A stretch of DNA of 64,000 nt from NCBI GenBank assembly GCA_963771275.1, contig CAVYSW010000005.1:96001-160000 (forward strand), read 5' to 3'. A program made the position numbers and the translations under genes. Within the stretch, counting starts at the first letter, position 1. Each line of letters starts with the position of its first letter. The stretch comes from an uncultured Gemmatimonadales bacterium. GTDB taxonomy: Bacteria > Gemmatimonadota > Gemmatimonadetes > Gemmatimonadales > GWC2-71-9. Below the pieces are notes generated by a model. That model saw nothing but the letters and a program-made list of their open reading frames with translations. It did no database searches and had not been told where the DNA came from. Below are positions 53,904-64,000 of the stretch, piece by piece.

Positions 53904-56072
53904 ATGGCGCGTCGGCAGGGCGTCACGCTGCGGGGGCTCGTCGCGCCCGGTGTCGTGGTGGCCCTGGCCTGGGCGGTCACCCCCGCCCGCGCCCAGACGG
54001 CCGCGATCACCGGGACGGTGCAGAATGCCGAGACGGGCACCCCGGTCGTCGGGGCCACGGTGTTGCTGCCGGGAACGCCCTTCAGCGCCACCACGGACGA
54101 GCGGGGCGAGTTCACGCTCGAGCGCCTGGCGGCTGGGCGGTACCGGTTGCAGGCTGTGGCGATCGGCTACTCGCCCGACAGCGTGCCCGCCATCCAGCTG
54201 GCGGAGGGTGAGCGCCGCTCGGTCACGATGACCCTGCACCGCGTGCCGCTGCTGCTCCAGGACATCGTCGTCACCGCCAGCCGGATCGCGGAGAAGAGCG
54301 AGGAGTCGATCGTCAGCATCGCGGCGCTCCCGGCCCGGGACATCGTCGCGCGGAACATCTCGACGCTCGATCAGGCGCTGGTGTACGTGCCGGGCGTGAC
54401 GTTCAACAACAACGAGCAACTCGACATCCGTGGCGCCGCCGGCATGTCGCGGGGGGTCGGGAGCCGCGTGCTGATGCTGCTCGACGGGCACCCGATTCTG
54501 AGCGGCGACGGCGGCGAGATCGACTTCGGCAGCCTCCCGCTGCTGGATCTCGACCGCGTCGAGGTGGTGAAGGGGGCCTACTCCGCCGCCTACGGCAGCA
54601 ACGCGCTGGGGGGGGTGGTCAACCTCGTGACAAAGCCCGTGGGGCTCTCTCCCGAGACGATCTTCCGCGCGCGCGGCGAGACCTACAACTACCAGTCGCA
54701 GTACAAGTGGGCCGATGGCCGGCAGGGCGCGATCAGCCTGGGCGTTCAGCATTCCCGCCGTCTGGGCTCGCTCGGCGCCCGCGTCTACGTCGGGTACGAC
54801 GATACCGACGGCTTCGCGCAGAACGGCGAGGCGCAGCGCTGGCTCGGACGGTTGAAGCTCGATGCGCCGAACGACCGGCACCCGTGGGATCTGTATGCGG
54901 TCGTGACCCGGGAGCGGGCCGGCGAATCGTTCGTCTGGCGGTCCCCCGACCAGCCGTATGAAGTCCCCGCCGACGCGGTCGGCGACTACACGATCTTCTA
55001 CCAGGCGCTCACCGGCGCGACGGTGACGCCGGTGGCGCGCGGCGCGACCCTGTTCCGCCTGAGTCCCTACTTCAACGTCAGCACGATCACCAACTACTTC
55101 CACGACAACAGCGACTGGCACACCGCCGTGAAGCCGGGTCTCCTCGCCCAGCTCTCGTGGAACCAGGGTGAGCACCACGCGCTCAGCGTGGGCCTCGACG
55201 GCGCCCGCACCTGGGTGCGCTCCAATTTCCTCGGCCAGCCCAGGCTGCTCGATGTGGCCGCGTTCGCGCAGGACGAGGTGCAGCTCACGCCGGCGCTGAA
55301 GACCTCGCTGGGATTGCGGCTCGACCGTCACAGCGTGGATAGCAGCCGGACCGAGCTGACCCTGAGCCCCAAGATCGGCGCCGCACTCCGCGTGGCGCCG
55401 CGCGCCACGATTCGTGCGTCGGTCGGCGCCGGCTACCGCGCCCCGAGCGCGATCGAGCAGTTTGTCTCGTCCGTCCAGTTCGGGTTTGAGGTCGTGCCGA
55501 ACCCCGCGCTGCGCGGCGAGCACGCATGGTCGGGCGAGGTGGGCACCACGGTCACCGTGCTCGATCAAGTGCGGCTGGACGCGGCCCTGTTCGGCAGCGT
55601 CTACCACGATCTCATCGGGCCGGGTCCGGCGCCCGGGCGGCCGTTCGTCTTCCAGTTCCAGAACATCGCGCGGGCGCGCATCGCCGGTGCGGATGTGGGA
55701 ATCGACGCACAGGTCATCCCCAAGCGCCTCGAGGTACAGGGCACCTACATGTATCTCGATACGCAGGACCGCGACACGGGACTGCCGCTCCCCTACCGGT
55801 CCCGCCACAACTTCACCGGCACCCTCACCGCCTTTGAGGGCCTCGCAGGCCTCGATCTGCGGTATCGCAGCCGCGTGGAGCAGGTGCTGGCCTACCCCCT
55901 CGACCAGCGGTCTGCCATGGCGGTCGTGGACCTGCGCTTCGGCTACCGGGTACTCGGCATGCTGTGGCAGCTCAAGGTGGCGAACGTCTTCAACCGATTC
56001 TACGTCGACGTCCAGGAGCGCAAAGCGGGGGCGCCGCGCAGCTTCGCGGTCACCGCGATGCACGGCTTCTAG
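53904..56072 (+). CDS. TonB-dependent receptor
   Basis: Signal peptide, carboxypeptidase-regulatory-like domain, IVVTASR, VEVVKGAYSAAYGSNALGGVVNL plug motif, terminal Phe. Confidence 0.94.
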   Translation: MARRQGVTLRGLVAPGVVVALAWAVTPARAQTAAITGTVQNAETGTPVVGATVLLPGTPFSATTDERGEFTLERLAAGRYRLQAVAIGYSPDSVPAIQLAEGERRSVTMTLHRVPLLLQDIVVTASRIAEKSEESIVSIAALPARDIVARNISTLDQALVYVPGVTFNNNEQLDIRGAAGMSRGVGSRVLMLLDGHPILSGDGGEIDFGSLPLLDLDRVEVVKGAYSAAYGSNALGGVVNLVTKPVGLSPETIFRARGETYNYQSQYKWADGRQGAISLGVQHSRRLGSLGARVYVGYDDTDGFAQNGEAQRWLGRLKLDAPNDRHPWDLYAVVTRERAGESFVWRSPDQPYEVPADAVGDYTIFYQALTGATVTPVARGATLFRLSPYFNVSTITNYFHDNSDWHTAVKPGLLAQLSWNQGEHHALSVGLDGARTWVRSNFLGQPRLLDVAAFAQDEVQLTPALKTSLGLRLDRHSVDSSRTELTLSPKIGAALRVAPRATIRASVGAGYRAPSAIEQFVSSVQFGFEVVPNPALRGEHAWSGEVGTTVTVLDQVRLDAALFGSVYHDLIGPGPAPGRPFVFQFQNIARARIAGADVGIDAQVIPKRLEVQGTYMYLDTQDRDTGLPLPYRSRHNFTGTLTAFEGLAGLDLRYRSRVEQVLAYPLDQRSAMAVVDLRFGYRVLGMLWQLKVANVFNRFYVDVQERKAGAPRSFAVTAMHGF

Positions 56073-56197
56073 TCGTCGACGCGACGTCGCCACCCACGCG
56101 CGGCTCCCGGACCCTGCCGTCCGGCGGCCCCCCTAGCGACATTAGGTGGTCGCGACGACCGGGGTCCGGTCGCGCCCGTCCCTCACCTGAGATACCC

Positions 56198-58375
56198 ATG
56201 CGTCTCCGAATTCCCGTCTGGTCTTCGCTCGCCGCCGCGACCCTGAGCGCCGCGACCGGCTGCGCGCCCGCCTCGGTCCCGCCCCAGGCGCCGCGTCCGG
56301 CCGTTGCCCGCGTGGACACGGTCCGCGTGGTCGACACCACCACGCCGCGGCCCGCGGTTCCCGATACCGCGCTGCAGGCCGGGCGGTTCGATAACGGCAA
56401 GATGTGGACGTTCGAGTATCCCCCGATGGGCTACTTCCGGGAGACGTACGGGTTTGCGCCCGACTCCGTGTGGTTCCGCACGGCTCGCCTCGGCGCGCTG
56501 CGCCTCCCCAACTGCACCGCCTCGTTCGTGTCGTCCACGGGCCTGGTGCTCACGAATCACCACTGCGCGCGCGAGAGCGTGGTGGAGGTGACGAAGCCGG
56601 GCGAGAAGCTCCAGGACGACGGGTTCTACGCGGCGACGCTCGCCGACGAGCGGCCGGTGCAAGGGCTGTTCGCCGACCAGTTGATCGCGATCCGGGACAT
56701 CTCGGCGGAGCTCGACACCGTGTCGGACGCCGGACGCGAGGCCGCGATGCAGGCGATCGCCGAGCGCATGACGCAGGAGCTCGGCGGGGACTCCGCGGGG
56801 ATCGTCGTGGAGCCGGTGGCGCTGTGGAATGGCGCCCGGACGTCGGCGTATGTGTTTCGCCGGTTCAAGGACCTGCGGCTCGTCATGACCCCCGAGATCC
56901 AGGTCGGGTTCTTCGGCGGCGACCCGGACAACTTCACGTACCCGCGCTACGACGTGGACATGTCGTTCTTCCGGGTGTACGTGGACGGCAAGCCGTACCA
57001 CCCCGACGTGTTCTTCCCGTGGAGTGCCACAGGGGTGGGGGACGGCGATCCGATCTTCGTGATCGGCAACCCGGGGTCCACCAGCCGCCTGCAGACGGTG
57101 GCGCAGCTGGCGTTCCGCCGCGACCTGGGCGACAAGGCGCTGCTCGAGTTCCTCACCAGCCGGATCGCCGTACTGCAGCGCTTCGCGGAGGCAAACCCGG
57201 CCCAGGCGGAATCGATCGACGTCCGCAACCGGCTTTTCGACCTGTCGAACTCGCAGAAGTCGTACGCCGGCATGTGGCGCGGGCTGCAAGACCCCGTGAT
57301 CATGGCGCGCCGGGCGGATGCGGAGCGCAAGTTCCAGGCGGCGATCGACGCCGATTCCGCGCTCAAGGCGCGCTACGGCGACCTCATCGCCCGCATGGCC
57401 ACGGTGCAGCAGGACAAGCGCCAGTACGCCTCGGACGTCGCGGCGCTGGCGGCGTTCGGCGCGCCCAACTGGATGGGCGCGGCCCTGATGCGGGGCATCT
57501 TCGCGTTCCAGTACCTCAACGGGCGGAAGGGCGGTGCCGCGCCGCAGATGCTGAGTCAGGTCGCCGAGCGGCTGAAGGGCGTCGGGCAGGAGCCCGCGGG
57601 GCTGCAGGAGGGCTTCCTGGCCGCGCGCCTCGCCGATCTCCAGCGGGCGTGGGGCGATACCAGCGCGACGGTGCGGCAGCTGCTTGCCGGGGCGACGCCG
57701 GCGGCACGCGCGCACGCGATCATCGCGGGGTCGGTGCTCGCCGATTCCGCGGCCGCGGTGGCCGCGCTCGAGGCCGGCACCGTGGCGGATACGGACCCGG
57801 CCGTCGTGGCGGCGGGGGTCATGCTGCAGCGGTATTTCGCCTACCAGGGCGCGTTCGGCCGGCTCAATCAACAGGAGGAGACGATCGCGCGGGAGCTGGG
57901 CCGCGCCCATTTCGCGGTCTACGGCACCACCGAGCCGCCGGACGCCACGTTTTCGCTGCGCCTCGCCGACGGTTTCGTGCGCGGGTACGAGTACAACGGG
58001 ACTCTGGCGCCGACCTACACGACGTTCTACGGCATGTACGATCGCTATCACTCCTTCGGCAGCGGCAGCGACTGGGACCTGCCTGCCCGCTGGCGGAAGC
58101 CACCGGCGGCGTTCGACCTCGGCACCCCGCTCAACTTCGTTTCCACGGCGGACATCATCGGTGGCAACTCGGGGTCGCCGGTGCTCAACCGCAAGCTGGA
58201 GCTGGTCGGGCTCATCTTCGACGGCAACATCGAGAGCCTGCCGGGCGACTACATCTATCTGCCCGAGAAGAACCGGGCCGTCGCGGTGGACGCGCGTGGC
58301 ATCATGGAGGTCCTGCGGGATCTCTACGGCGCGAAGCGGCTCGTGGACGAGCTCGCGGGTGGCGCCAAGCGCTAG
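56198..58375 (+). CDS. S46 family dipeptidyl peptidase (DPP7/DAP BII-like)
   Basis: GKMW, CTASFVS, TNHHC, DNFTYPR, PDATFSLR and IIGGNSGS motifs. Confidence 0.94.
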   Translation: MRLRIPVWSSLAAATLSAATGCAPASVPPQAPRPAVARVDTVRVVDTTTPRPAVPDTALQAGRFDNGKMWTFEYPPMGYFRETYGFAPDSVWFRTARLGALRLPNCTASFVSSTGLVLTNHHCARESVVEVTKPGEKLQDDGFYAATLADERPVQGLFADQLIAIRDISAELDTVSDAGREAAMQAIAERMTQELGGDSAGIVVEPVALWNGARTSAYVFRRFKDLRLVMTPEIQVGFFGGDPDNFTYPRYDVDMSFFRVYVDGKPYHPDVFFPWSATGVGDGDPIFVIGNPGSTSRLQTVAQLAFRRDLGDKALLEFLTSRIAVLQRFAEANPAQAESIDVRNRLFDLSNSQKSYAGMWRGLQDPVIMARRADAERKFQAAIDADSALKARYGDLIARMATVQQDKRQYASDVAALAAFGAPNWMGAALMRGIFAFQYLNGRKGGAAPQMLSQVAERLKGVGQEPAGLQEGFLAARLADLQRAWGDTSATVRQLLAGATPAARAHAIIAGSVLADSAAAVAALEAGTVADTDPAVVAAGVMLQRYFAYQGAFGRLNQQEETIARELGRAHFAVYGTTEPPDATFSLRLADGFVRGYEYNGTLAPTYTTFYGMYDRYHSFGSGSDWDLPARWRKPPAAFDLGTPLNFVSTADIIGGNSGSPVLNRKLELVGLIFDGNIESLPGDYIYLPEKNRAVAVDARGIMEVLRDLYGAKRLVDELAGGAKR

Positions 58376-58387
58376 CCCGGAGGACCG

Positions 58388-59524
58388 ATGCGACCATTGC
58401 GAACCCGCACGCCGTGGGCACTGCTGCTCGCCCTCGGGTGCCACACCGCCCGGCATCCAGCCATGCCCATGACGTCCGAGCAACCCTGGGGACATCTGCC
58501 CGACGGCACCGCGGTCACGCTCTACACGCTGCGGAACGCCCACGGCCTGCGTGCGGACATCAGCAACTACGGCGGCATCGTCACGCGCCTCCTGGTGCCG
58601 GATCGGGGAGGCACGGTCGCCGACGTGGTGCTGGGGTACGACTCGCTCGCGGACTACCTCAGGGGCTCGCCCTACTTCGGCGCGATCGTGGGCCGCTACG
58701 GCAACCGGATCGCGCAGGGGACCTTCACGCTGGACGGGGTGCGGTACACGCTCGCCGTGAACAACGGACCGAACGCGTTGCACGGCGGCCTCAAGGGCTT
58801 CGACAAGGTGGTGTGGCAGGCCGAGCCGTACGCGGACTCGACGGAATCCGGGTTGCGCCTGCACTACGTGAGCCCCGATGGCGAGGAAGGCTACCCGGGC
58901 CGCCTCGACGTCCGGGTGACCTACGCGCTGACCAACGACAACGCCCTGCGCATCGACTATCACCTCACCACCGATCGGCCGACGATCCACAACGTCACCC
59001 ACCACGGCTACTTCAACCTCGCCGGCCACGCGTCGGGCGACATCCTGGGCCAGGAGCTGATGCTGAACGCGGACCGCTTCACGCCGGTGGACTCGACCCT
59101 GATCCCCACGGGCGCGCTGCGGGAGGTGGCGGGCACGCCGTTCGATTTCCGGGCTCCGACGGCGATCGGCGCCAGGATCGCGGCGGATGACGAGCAGATC
59201 CGGTATGGCGGCGGCTACGATCACAACTTCGTGCTGAACGGCGCGGCCGGCACGCTGCGCCTCGTCGGCCGCGTGCGGGACCCGCAGAGCGGCCGCGTGA
59301 TGGAGGTCTCCACGACCGAGCCGGGCGTGCAGTTCTACTCGGGCAACTTCCTCGACGGCAGCAACGTGGGGAAGGGTGGTGCGCGCTACGAGCATCGTGC
59401 CGGCTTCTGCCTCGAGACGCAGCACTTTCCAGACTCCCCAAATCACGCCGAGTTCCCGTCCACCGTGCTCCGGCCCGGTGAGGAGTATCGCTCGACCACG
59501 GTGTACACGTTCCTGGCCCGGTGA
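58388..59524 (+). CDS. galM: Aldose 1-epimerase (galactose mutarotase) with lipoprotein-type signal
   Basis: GRYGNRI, LHGG, EEGYPG, HGYFNL, GYDHNF and CLETQ motifs; ALGC lipobox. Confidence 0.94.
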   Translation: MRPLRTRTPWALLLALGCHTARHPAMPMTSEQPWGHLPDGTAVTLYTLRNAHGLRADISNYGGIVTRLLVPDRGGTVADVVLGYDSLADYLRGSPYFGAIVGRYGNRIAQGTFTLDGVRYTLAVNNGPNALHGGLKGFDKVVWQAEPYADSTESGLRLHYVSPDGEEGYPGRLDVRVTYALTNDNALRIDYHLTTDRPTIHNVTHHGYFNLAGHASGDILGQELMLNADRFTPVDSTLIPTGALREVAGTPFDFRAPTAIGARIAADDEQIRYGGGYDHNFVLNGAAGTLRLVGRVRDPQSGRVMEVSTTEPGVQFYSGNFLDGSNVGKGGARYEHRAGFCLETQHFPDSPNHAEFPSTVLRPGEEYRSTTVYTFLAR

Positions 59525-59585
59525 GGCGACCCGTGGCGCGGTGCGGCCCTACGCCCCCCTCGTCCATGGCGCCCGGTCTCCGCTC

Positions 59586-62051
59586 ATGAGACGCTTCGTC
59601 ACCGTCCTGGCCATCGTGGCCATCGGCGCCTGTGCGCCGACGCCGGCCTGGCAGCCCGCACGCGCCCCGCTCATGACCCGCTGGGCGGTCGAGGTGTCGC
59701 CCACGAATGCGCATCCCGAGTACCCGCGGCCGCTGATGCGCCGCGACGTGTGGCAGAACCTGAACGGGCTCTGGGAGTACGCCGTGACGCCGCGCGACAG
59801 CCAGCCGGCGTCCTACACCGGTTGGCTGCTGGTGCCGTACCCGATCGAGTCGGCGCTCTCGGGCGTGCGGGATTCGGTGGGACCGTCGCGCACGCTGTGG
59901 TACCGCCGGACGTTCGCCGTACCGGCGTCGTGGCGCGGCCAGCGCGTTTTGCTCCATTTCGGCGCCGTGGACTGGGAGACGCGCGTCTGGGTGAACGGCA
60001 CGGAGATCGGCAGCCACCAGGGCGGCTACGACCCGTTCACGCTCGACATCACCGCGGCGCTGCGCGGCGGTGGGCGGGGGGATCTGGTCGTCGCCGTCTG
60101 GGATCCCACCGACGCGGGTACCCAGGCGCGTGGCAAGCAGGTGCGCGAGCCGCGGAGCATCTTCTACACGTCCGTCACCGGCATCTGGCAGACGGTGTGG
60201 CTGGAGCCGGTCCCCCCGGCCGCTATTTTCGACTACGTCGCGACCCCGGATGTCGACCGCGCGCGTGTGCTCGTGACGGTGCGGGCACAAGGGGCGGACC
60301 CCGGCGATCGCGTGGTGGCCATCCTCGCGGCGAGCGCCACGGAGGTCGCGCGCGAGCTGGGCGAGCCCGGGAAGGCCATCACGCTCCGCGTGCCCGATCC
60401 GCGCCTGTGGTCGCCGGACGATCCGTTCCTCTACGATCTCGATCTGCGGCTCGTGCGTGGCGATACCGTGCTGGATCGGGTCACGGGCTACGTCGGGCTG
60501 CGCAAGATCGCCGTGGGCCACGACGCGCGCGGGGTCACACGGCTGCTGCTCAACGACCGATTCGTGTTCCAGAGCGGTCCGCTCGACCAGGGATACTGGC
60601 CCGATGGGCTGTACACGGCGCCGACCGAGGAGGCGATGGTCTCCGACCTCCGGACCCTGAAGGCCATGGGCTTCAACATGCTGCGAAAGCACGTGAAGGT
60701 GGAGCCGCAGACCTACTACGCCTGGTGCGATCGGTTGGGGATCCTCGTCTGGCAGGACATGCCGAGTGCGTCGATTCCGCTCGCGGGCGAGGACGCGGAC
60801 CGGGCCACCGACACGGCGGCGACGCGCCAATTCGAGGCCGAGCTGGTGCGCATGATCCGGACGCACGTGAACCATCCGAGCATCGTCATGTGGGTCCCGT
60901 TCAACGAGGGCTGGGGCCAGTACGATACGCGACGGATCGCCGCCCTCGTGCGCGCCACGGACCCCACCCGCCTGGTGGACGCGGCGAGCGGCTGGTACGA
61001 TCGTGGCACGGGGGACGTGGTGGACATCCACACCTATCCCGATCCGCGGCCCCCGCGGCCGGAGCGATCGCGGGCCGCGGTGCTCGGCGAGTACGGCGGG
61101 CTCGGCTTCAATGCGTCGGGCCACATGTGGCGCGCCACTGGGTGGGGCTACGCGCTGTTCGCCGACCGCGAAGCGCTCACCGAGCGGTTCGAGGACTTCT
61201 TCCGGGTGCTGCGCGCCGCGGCGGCGGACAGTGGGCTCAGCGCCGCCGTGTACACGCAGACGAGCGACATCGAGACCGAGAACAACGGGTTGCTCACCTA
61301 TGACCGCGCCGAGGCCAAGATCGATCTGACAGCCGTGTCGCTGGCGCAGCGCGGCTACGCCGCGCCGCGCGCGCAGTCACGCGCCCCGATCTTCGTCGAC
61401 CGGATGGCGGTGGAGCTGCGCACGTTCCGGCCCGGGGCGCAGATCCGCTACACGGCGGACTCGGCCGCCGACATGGAGACGTGGGCCGCGTACCGCGGCC
61501 CGATCGACCTGAGCGAGACCACGGCGATCCGGGCGCAGGCGTTCTGGGCGGAAGGGGCCGCGAGCCGGGTGAGCACGTTCCACTTCGCGAAGGTGACGCC
61601 GCATCCCGCGACCGCGGTGGCCGGCGGCGAGCCGGGCCTGGCCGTGGACGCCTACGAGCAGGACGGAAGCTGGCGCGCCCTGCCGGACTTCGGCGCGCTC
61701 ACGCCGGTGCGCACCGGTGTCGCGCGACGCATCGATCTTGCGGCGGCGCCGCGTCACGACAACGTGGGGCTCCGGTTCCGCGGCCACCTCCGCGTGCCGC
61801 GGACCGGCGTCTACGGCTTCCACCTCACGTCGGACGACGGCAGCCGGCTGATCGTGGACGACAGCGTGGTGGTGGACCACGATGGGGTGCACGGCGCCTC
61901 CGAGCGCTCCGGCTGGGTCGCCCTCGAGGCCGGTTTCCATTCGATCGAGCTGCGGTTCTTCCAGGGGCGCGGTGGCGTGGCGCTCGATGTGAAGCTCGAA
62001 GGGCCCGACCTGTCGCCGCGCGAGATCCCAGCCGGCTGGTTGTTCCGGTAG
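59586..62051 (+). CDS. GH2 family glycoside hydrolase with C-terminal Fn3-like and PA14 domains, lipoprotein
   Basis: HFGAVD, TGIWQTVWLE, LDQGYWPDG, NHPSIVMWVPFNEG and GEYGG motifs; SDDGS PA14 motif. Confidence 0.92.
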   Translation: MRRFVTVLAIVAIGACAPTPAWQPARAPLMTRWAVEVSPTNAHPEYPRPLMRRDVWQNLNGLWEYAVTPRDSQPASYTGWLLVPYPIESALSGVRDSVGPSRTLWYRRTFAVPASWRGQRVLLHFGAVDWETRVWVNGTEIGSHQGGYDPFTLDITAALRGGGRGDLVVAVWDPTDAGTQARGKQVREPRSIFYTSVTGIWQTVWLEPVPPAAIFDYVATPDVDRARVLVTVRAQGADPGDRVVAILAASATEVARELGEPGKAITLRVPDPRLWSPDDPFLYDLDLRLVRGDTVLDRVTGYVGLRKIAVGHDARGVTRLLLNDRFVFQSGPLDQGYWPDGLYTAPTEEAMVSDLRTLKAMGFNMLRKHVKVEPQTYYAWCDRLGILVWQDMPSASIPLAGEDADRATDTAATRQFEAELVRMIRTHVNHPSIVMWVPFNEGWGQYDTRRIAALVRATDPTRLVDAASGWYDRGTGDVVDIHTYPDPRPPRPERSRAAVLGEYGGLGFNASGHMWRATGWGYALFADREALTERFEDFFRVLRAAAADSGLSAAVYTQTSDIETENNGLLTYDRAEAKIDLTAVSLAQRGYAAPRAQSRAPIFVDRMAVELRTFRPGAQIRYTADSAADMETWAAYRGPIDLSETTAIRAQAFWAEGAASRVSTFHFAKVTPHPATAVAGGEPGLAVDAYEQDGSWRALPDFGALTPVRTGVARRIDLAAAPRHDNVGLRFRGHLRVPRTGVYGFHLTSDDGSRLIVDDSVVVDHDGVHGASERSGWVALEAGFHSIELRFFQGRGGVALDVKLEGPDLSPREIPAGWLFR

Positions 62052-62196
62052 TCCTCGCGCCGCCAACCCCGGCTCATCCAGCCGGTCAGCCCGCATCGCG
62101 CGCGGGTCGCCGCCGGGCCGAGGCTGCCATCTCCGGCTCGCGGGCTCGTGCCGGCCCGCCCATCTTCCTGCATCACGACAGACCGCGGAGCATCCG

Positions 62197-64000
62197 ATGA
62201 AGCAGCGGGGCGGGCGACCGGGCGGCATGGCGGGGTGGTGGAGGGCTGTGGGGTGGCACGGCGTCGTGCCGGCGGCCGCCGTGTGGATGGCGGTGGGGGC
62301 CCCGCTGGCGGCGCAAACCACTCGCGTCGACCTCCCCACGTCCTACCTCGCGGGGTACGTGGCTCCCGTCTCCGGCGAGGTGCTGGCCTACCACTCACCG
62401 ATCCCCAGCGTTGGCCACTCCCTGCTGGTCCGTTCGGAGGACAGTACCCGCGCGATCACGTGGGTGACGGCCCCGGTGCCGACCGCGTTCGCCGGCGATA
62501 CGGCCGTGTTCGTGCTGATGGCCGGGATCGACGTCAACGAGGACCGCAGGGCGTTCACGCTCACGATCGACGGCCGGCTGGCGCTCACGTTCTTCACGCC
62601 GCCCAGCGCGGGGCTCGGAACCATGGCGTGGACCGGACCGGCGGGGGTGCGCGCCGACTTTCGCGTGACGCTGATGGACAAGTACGGCGACGCGATGGGC
62701 TACCTGTTCCTGCGCGTCCCCCGCCGCCTGCTGCGGCCGGGCGCGCCCCTCCGGCTCGCGGTGGCGGGCGAGAGCGCGGGTCGCCGCACTTGGTTCATGG
62801 TGTTCATGGAGCCGATCACGCCACGCGTCGAGTTCCGCAACGCGCCGGCCGTGGTGCGTGCCCCGGAGGGCGAGCGCCAGGCGCTGCGGGTGGACGTGCT
62901 CTACCTCGGCGAGCGAGGGCGCCTGCACGTCGCGAGCCCGGGCGGGACGCGCGATACGACCCTCGGCCTCGGGTTCACCCGACTCCAGCTCGTCGTGCCC
63001 GCGGTGCGGGAGCCGACCGCCATGCCGCTCGACCTGACCGTGGACGGGCGGCCGGCCGCCGCGCAATACGTCGTGCAGCCGGTGCGCCGCCTCGACCTCT
63101 ACCTCATCCACCACACGCATCTGGACATTGGCTACACCAACCGGCAGGACGAAGTCGAGCGGATGCACTGGCAGCACCTCGAGCACGCGCTCGCGTACGG
63201 GGCGGCGAGCGACACCTTCCCCGCGGGCGAGCGGTTCGTGTGGCATCCCGAGGGCCTGTGGGCGGTAGAGTCGTATCTGGCGACGCACGGCCCGGCCGAG
63301 CAGGCGCGGCTGATCGCGGGAATCCAACGCGGGTGGATCCATCTGGACGGGCTGTTCGCCAACCTGCTCACCGGGCTCGCCACCGAGGAAGGACTCGACC
63401 GTGCGCTGGAGGCCGGGCGTCGCCTGGCGGCGCGGACGGGCGTGCCGATCGTCTCCGCGATGACGAGCGACATTCCCGGGTTCAGCTGGGGGCTGGTGCC
63501 CGCGCTGGCGCGCTCGGGCATCCGCTACCTCTCGATCGGCCCGAATCAGGGGCACCGCATCGGGTCGTTCCTCAGGGTGTGGGGCGACCGCCCGTTCTAC
63601 TGGGAGTCGGCGTCCGGCCGAGAACGCGTGCTCACCTGGGTGCACGGCGCGGGCTATTCCTGGTTCCACACCGGGCTCGGCTACGAGCGCCTCACCACCA
63701 TTCTCGATGAGGAGAGTGTCTTCCGCTACCTCGACCAGCTCGACGAGACGCAGTACCCGTACGCCATCGCCGCGCTGCGCTACAACATCGGCTCGGACAA
63801 CGGCCCGCCGGACTCCACCCTGGCCAACGCCGTGCGCTCGTGGAACGAGCGGTACGCGTCGCCGCGGCTCGTCATCGGGACGACGACGGGCCTGTTCGAG
63901 GCGTTTGAGCGCCGCTACGGGGCCGGCCTGCCGGTGGTACGCGGCGACCTCACCGGCTACTGGGAGGACGGCGCCGCGTCATCCGCCCGGGAGACCGGGC
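62197..64000 (+). CDS. GH38 (alpha-mannosidase-like) family protein, secreted; 3' end outside the window and absent from the ORF track
   Basis: Frame 1 is open from ATG 62197 to the window end; HHTHLDIGYT, SDIPGFSW, PFYWES and YWEDG motifs. Confidence 0.85.
   Translation, partial: MKQRGGRPGGMAGWWRAVGWHGVVPAAAVWMAVGAPLAAQTTRVDLPTSYLAGYVAPVSGEVLAYHSPIPSVGHSLLVRSEDSTRAITWVTAPVPTAFAGDTAVFVLMAGIDVNEDRRAFTLTIDGRLALTFFTPPSAGLGTMAWTGPAGVRADFRVTLMDKYGDAMGYLFLRVPRRLLRPGAPLRLAVAGESAGRRTWFMVFMEPITPRVEFRNAPAVVRAPEGERQALRVDVLYLGERGRLHVASPGGTRDTTLGLGFTRLQLVVPAVREPTAMPLDLTVDGRPAAAQYVVQPVRRLDLYLIHHTHLDIGYTNRQDEVERMHWQHLEHALAYGAASDTFPAGERFVWHPEGLWAVESYLATHGPAEQARLIAGIQRGWIHLDGLFANLLTGLATEEGLDRALEAGRRLAARTGVPIVSAMTSDIPGFSWGLVPALARSGIRYLSIGPNQGHRIGSFLRVWGDRPFYWESASGRERVLTWVHGAGYSWFHTGLGYERLTTILDEESVFRYLDQLDETQYPYAIAALRYNIGSDNGPPDSTLANAVRSWNERYASPRLVIGTTTGLFEAFERRYGAGLPVVRGDLTGYWEDGAASSARETG

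Overview
Very GC-rich (roughly 70%), densely coding bacterial chromosomal segment with about 50 CDS. No rRNA, tRNA, CRISPR array, integrase or transposase was seen. The many secreted peptidases, Oar-like TonB receptor and lipoproteins resemble Gemmatimonadota (inference only). Contents: exported peptidases and hydrolases (two S9, S41, S10, S46, two beta-lactamase-fold serine hydrolases); a Tat-exported molybdoenzyme pair; a decayed VapBC pair; an ammonia-lyase with an Ala-Cys-Gly MIO triad; a GT4/deacetylase/flippase glycolipid operon; a binding protein/kinase/sigma-54 activator module with a readable target promoter; a PurF lacking the catalytic Cys; and sugar-utilisation genes (GalM, GH2, GH38). 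The two best candidates for undescribed systems are (1) a 3-ketoglycoside-type sugar oxidation locus (39.1-46.4 kb) where ApbE and a DoxX membrane protein precede a twin-arginine Gfo/Idh/MocA dehydrogenase carrying an ApbE-type flavinylation motif (DAVTSAT), and (2) an adjacent putative lipid biosynthesis cluster (46.4-50.9 kb): PAP2/IPC-synthase-like enzyme, unknown beta-rich protein, atypical PLP decarboxylase and a methyltransferase-acyltransferase fusion. All calls come from motif recognition by eye; no searches were run.
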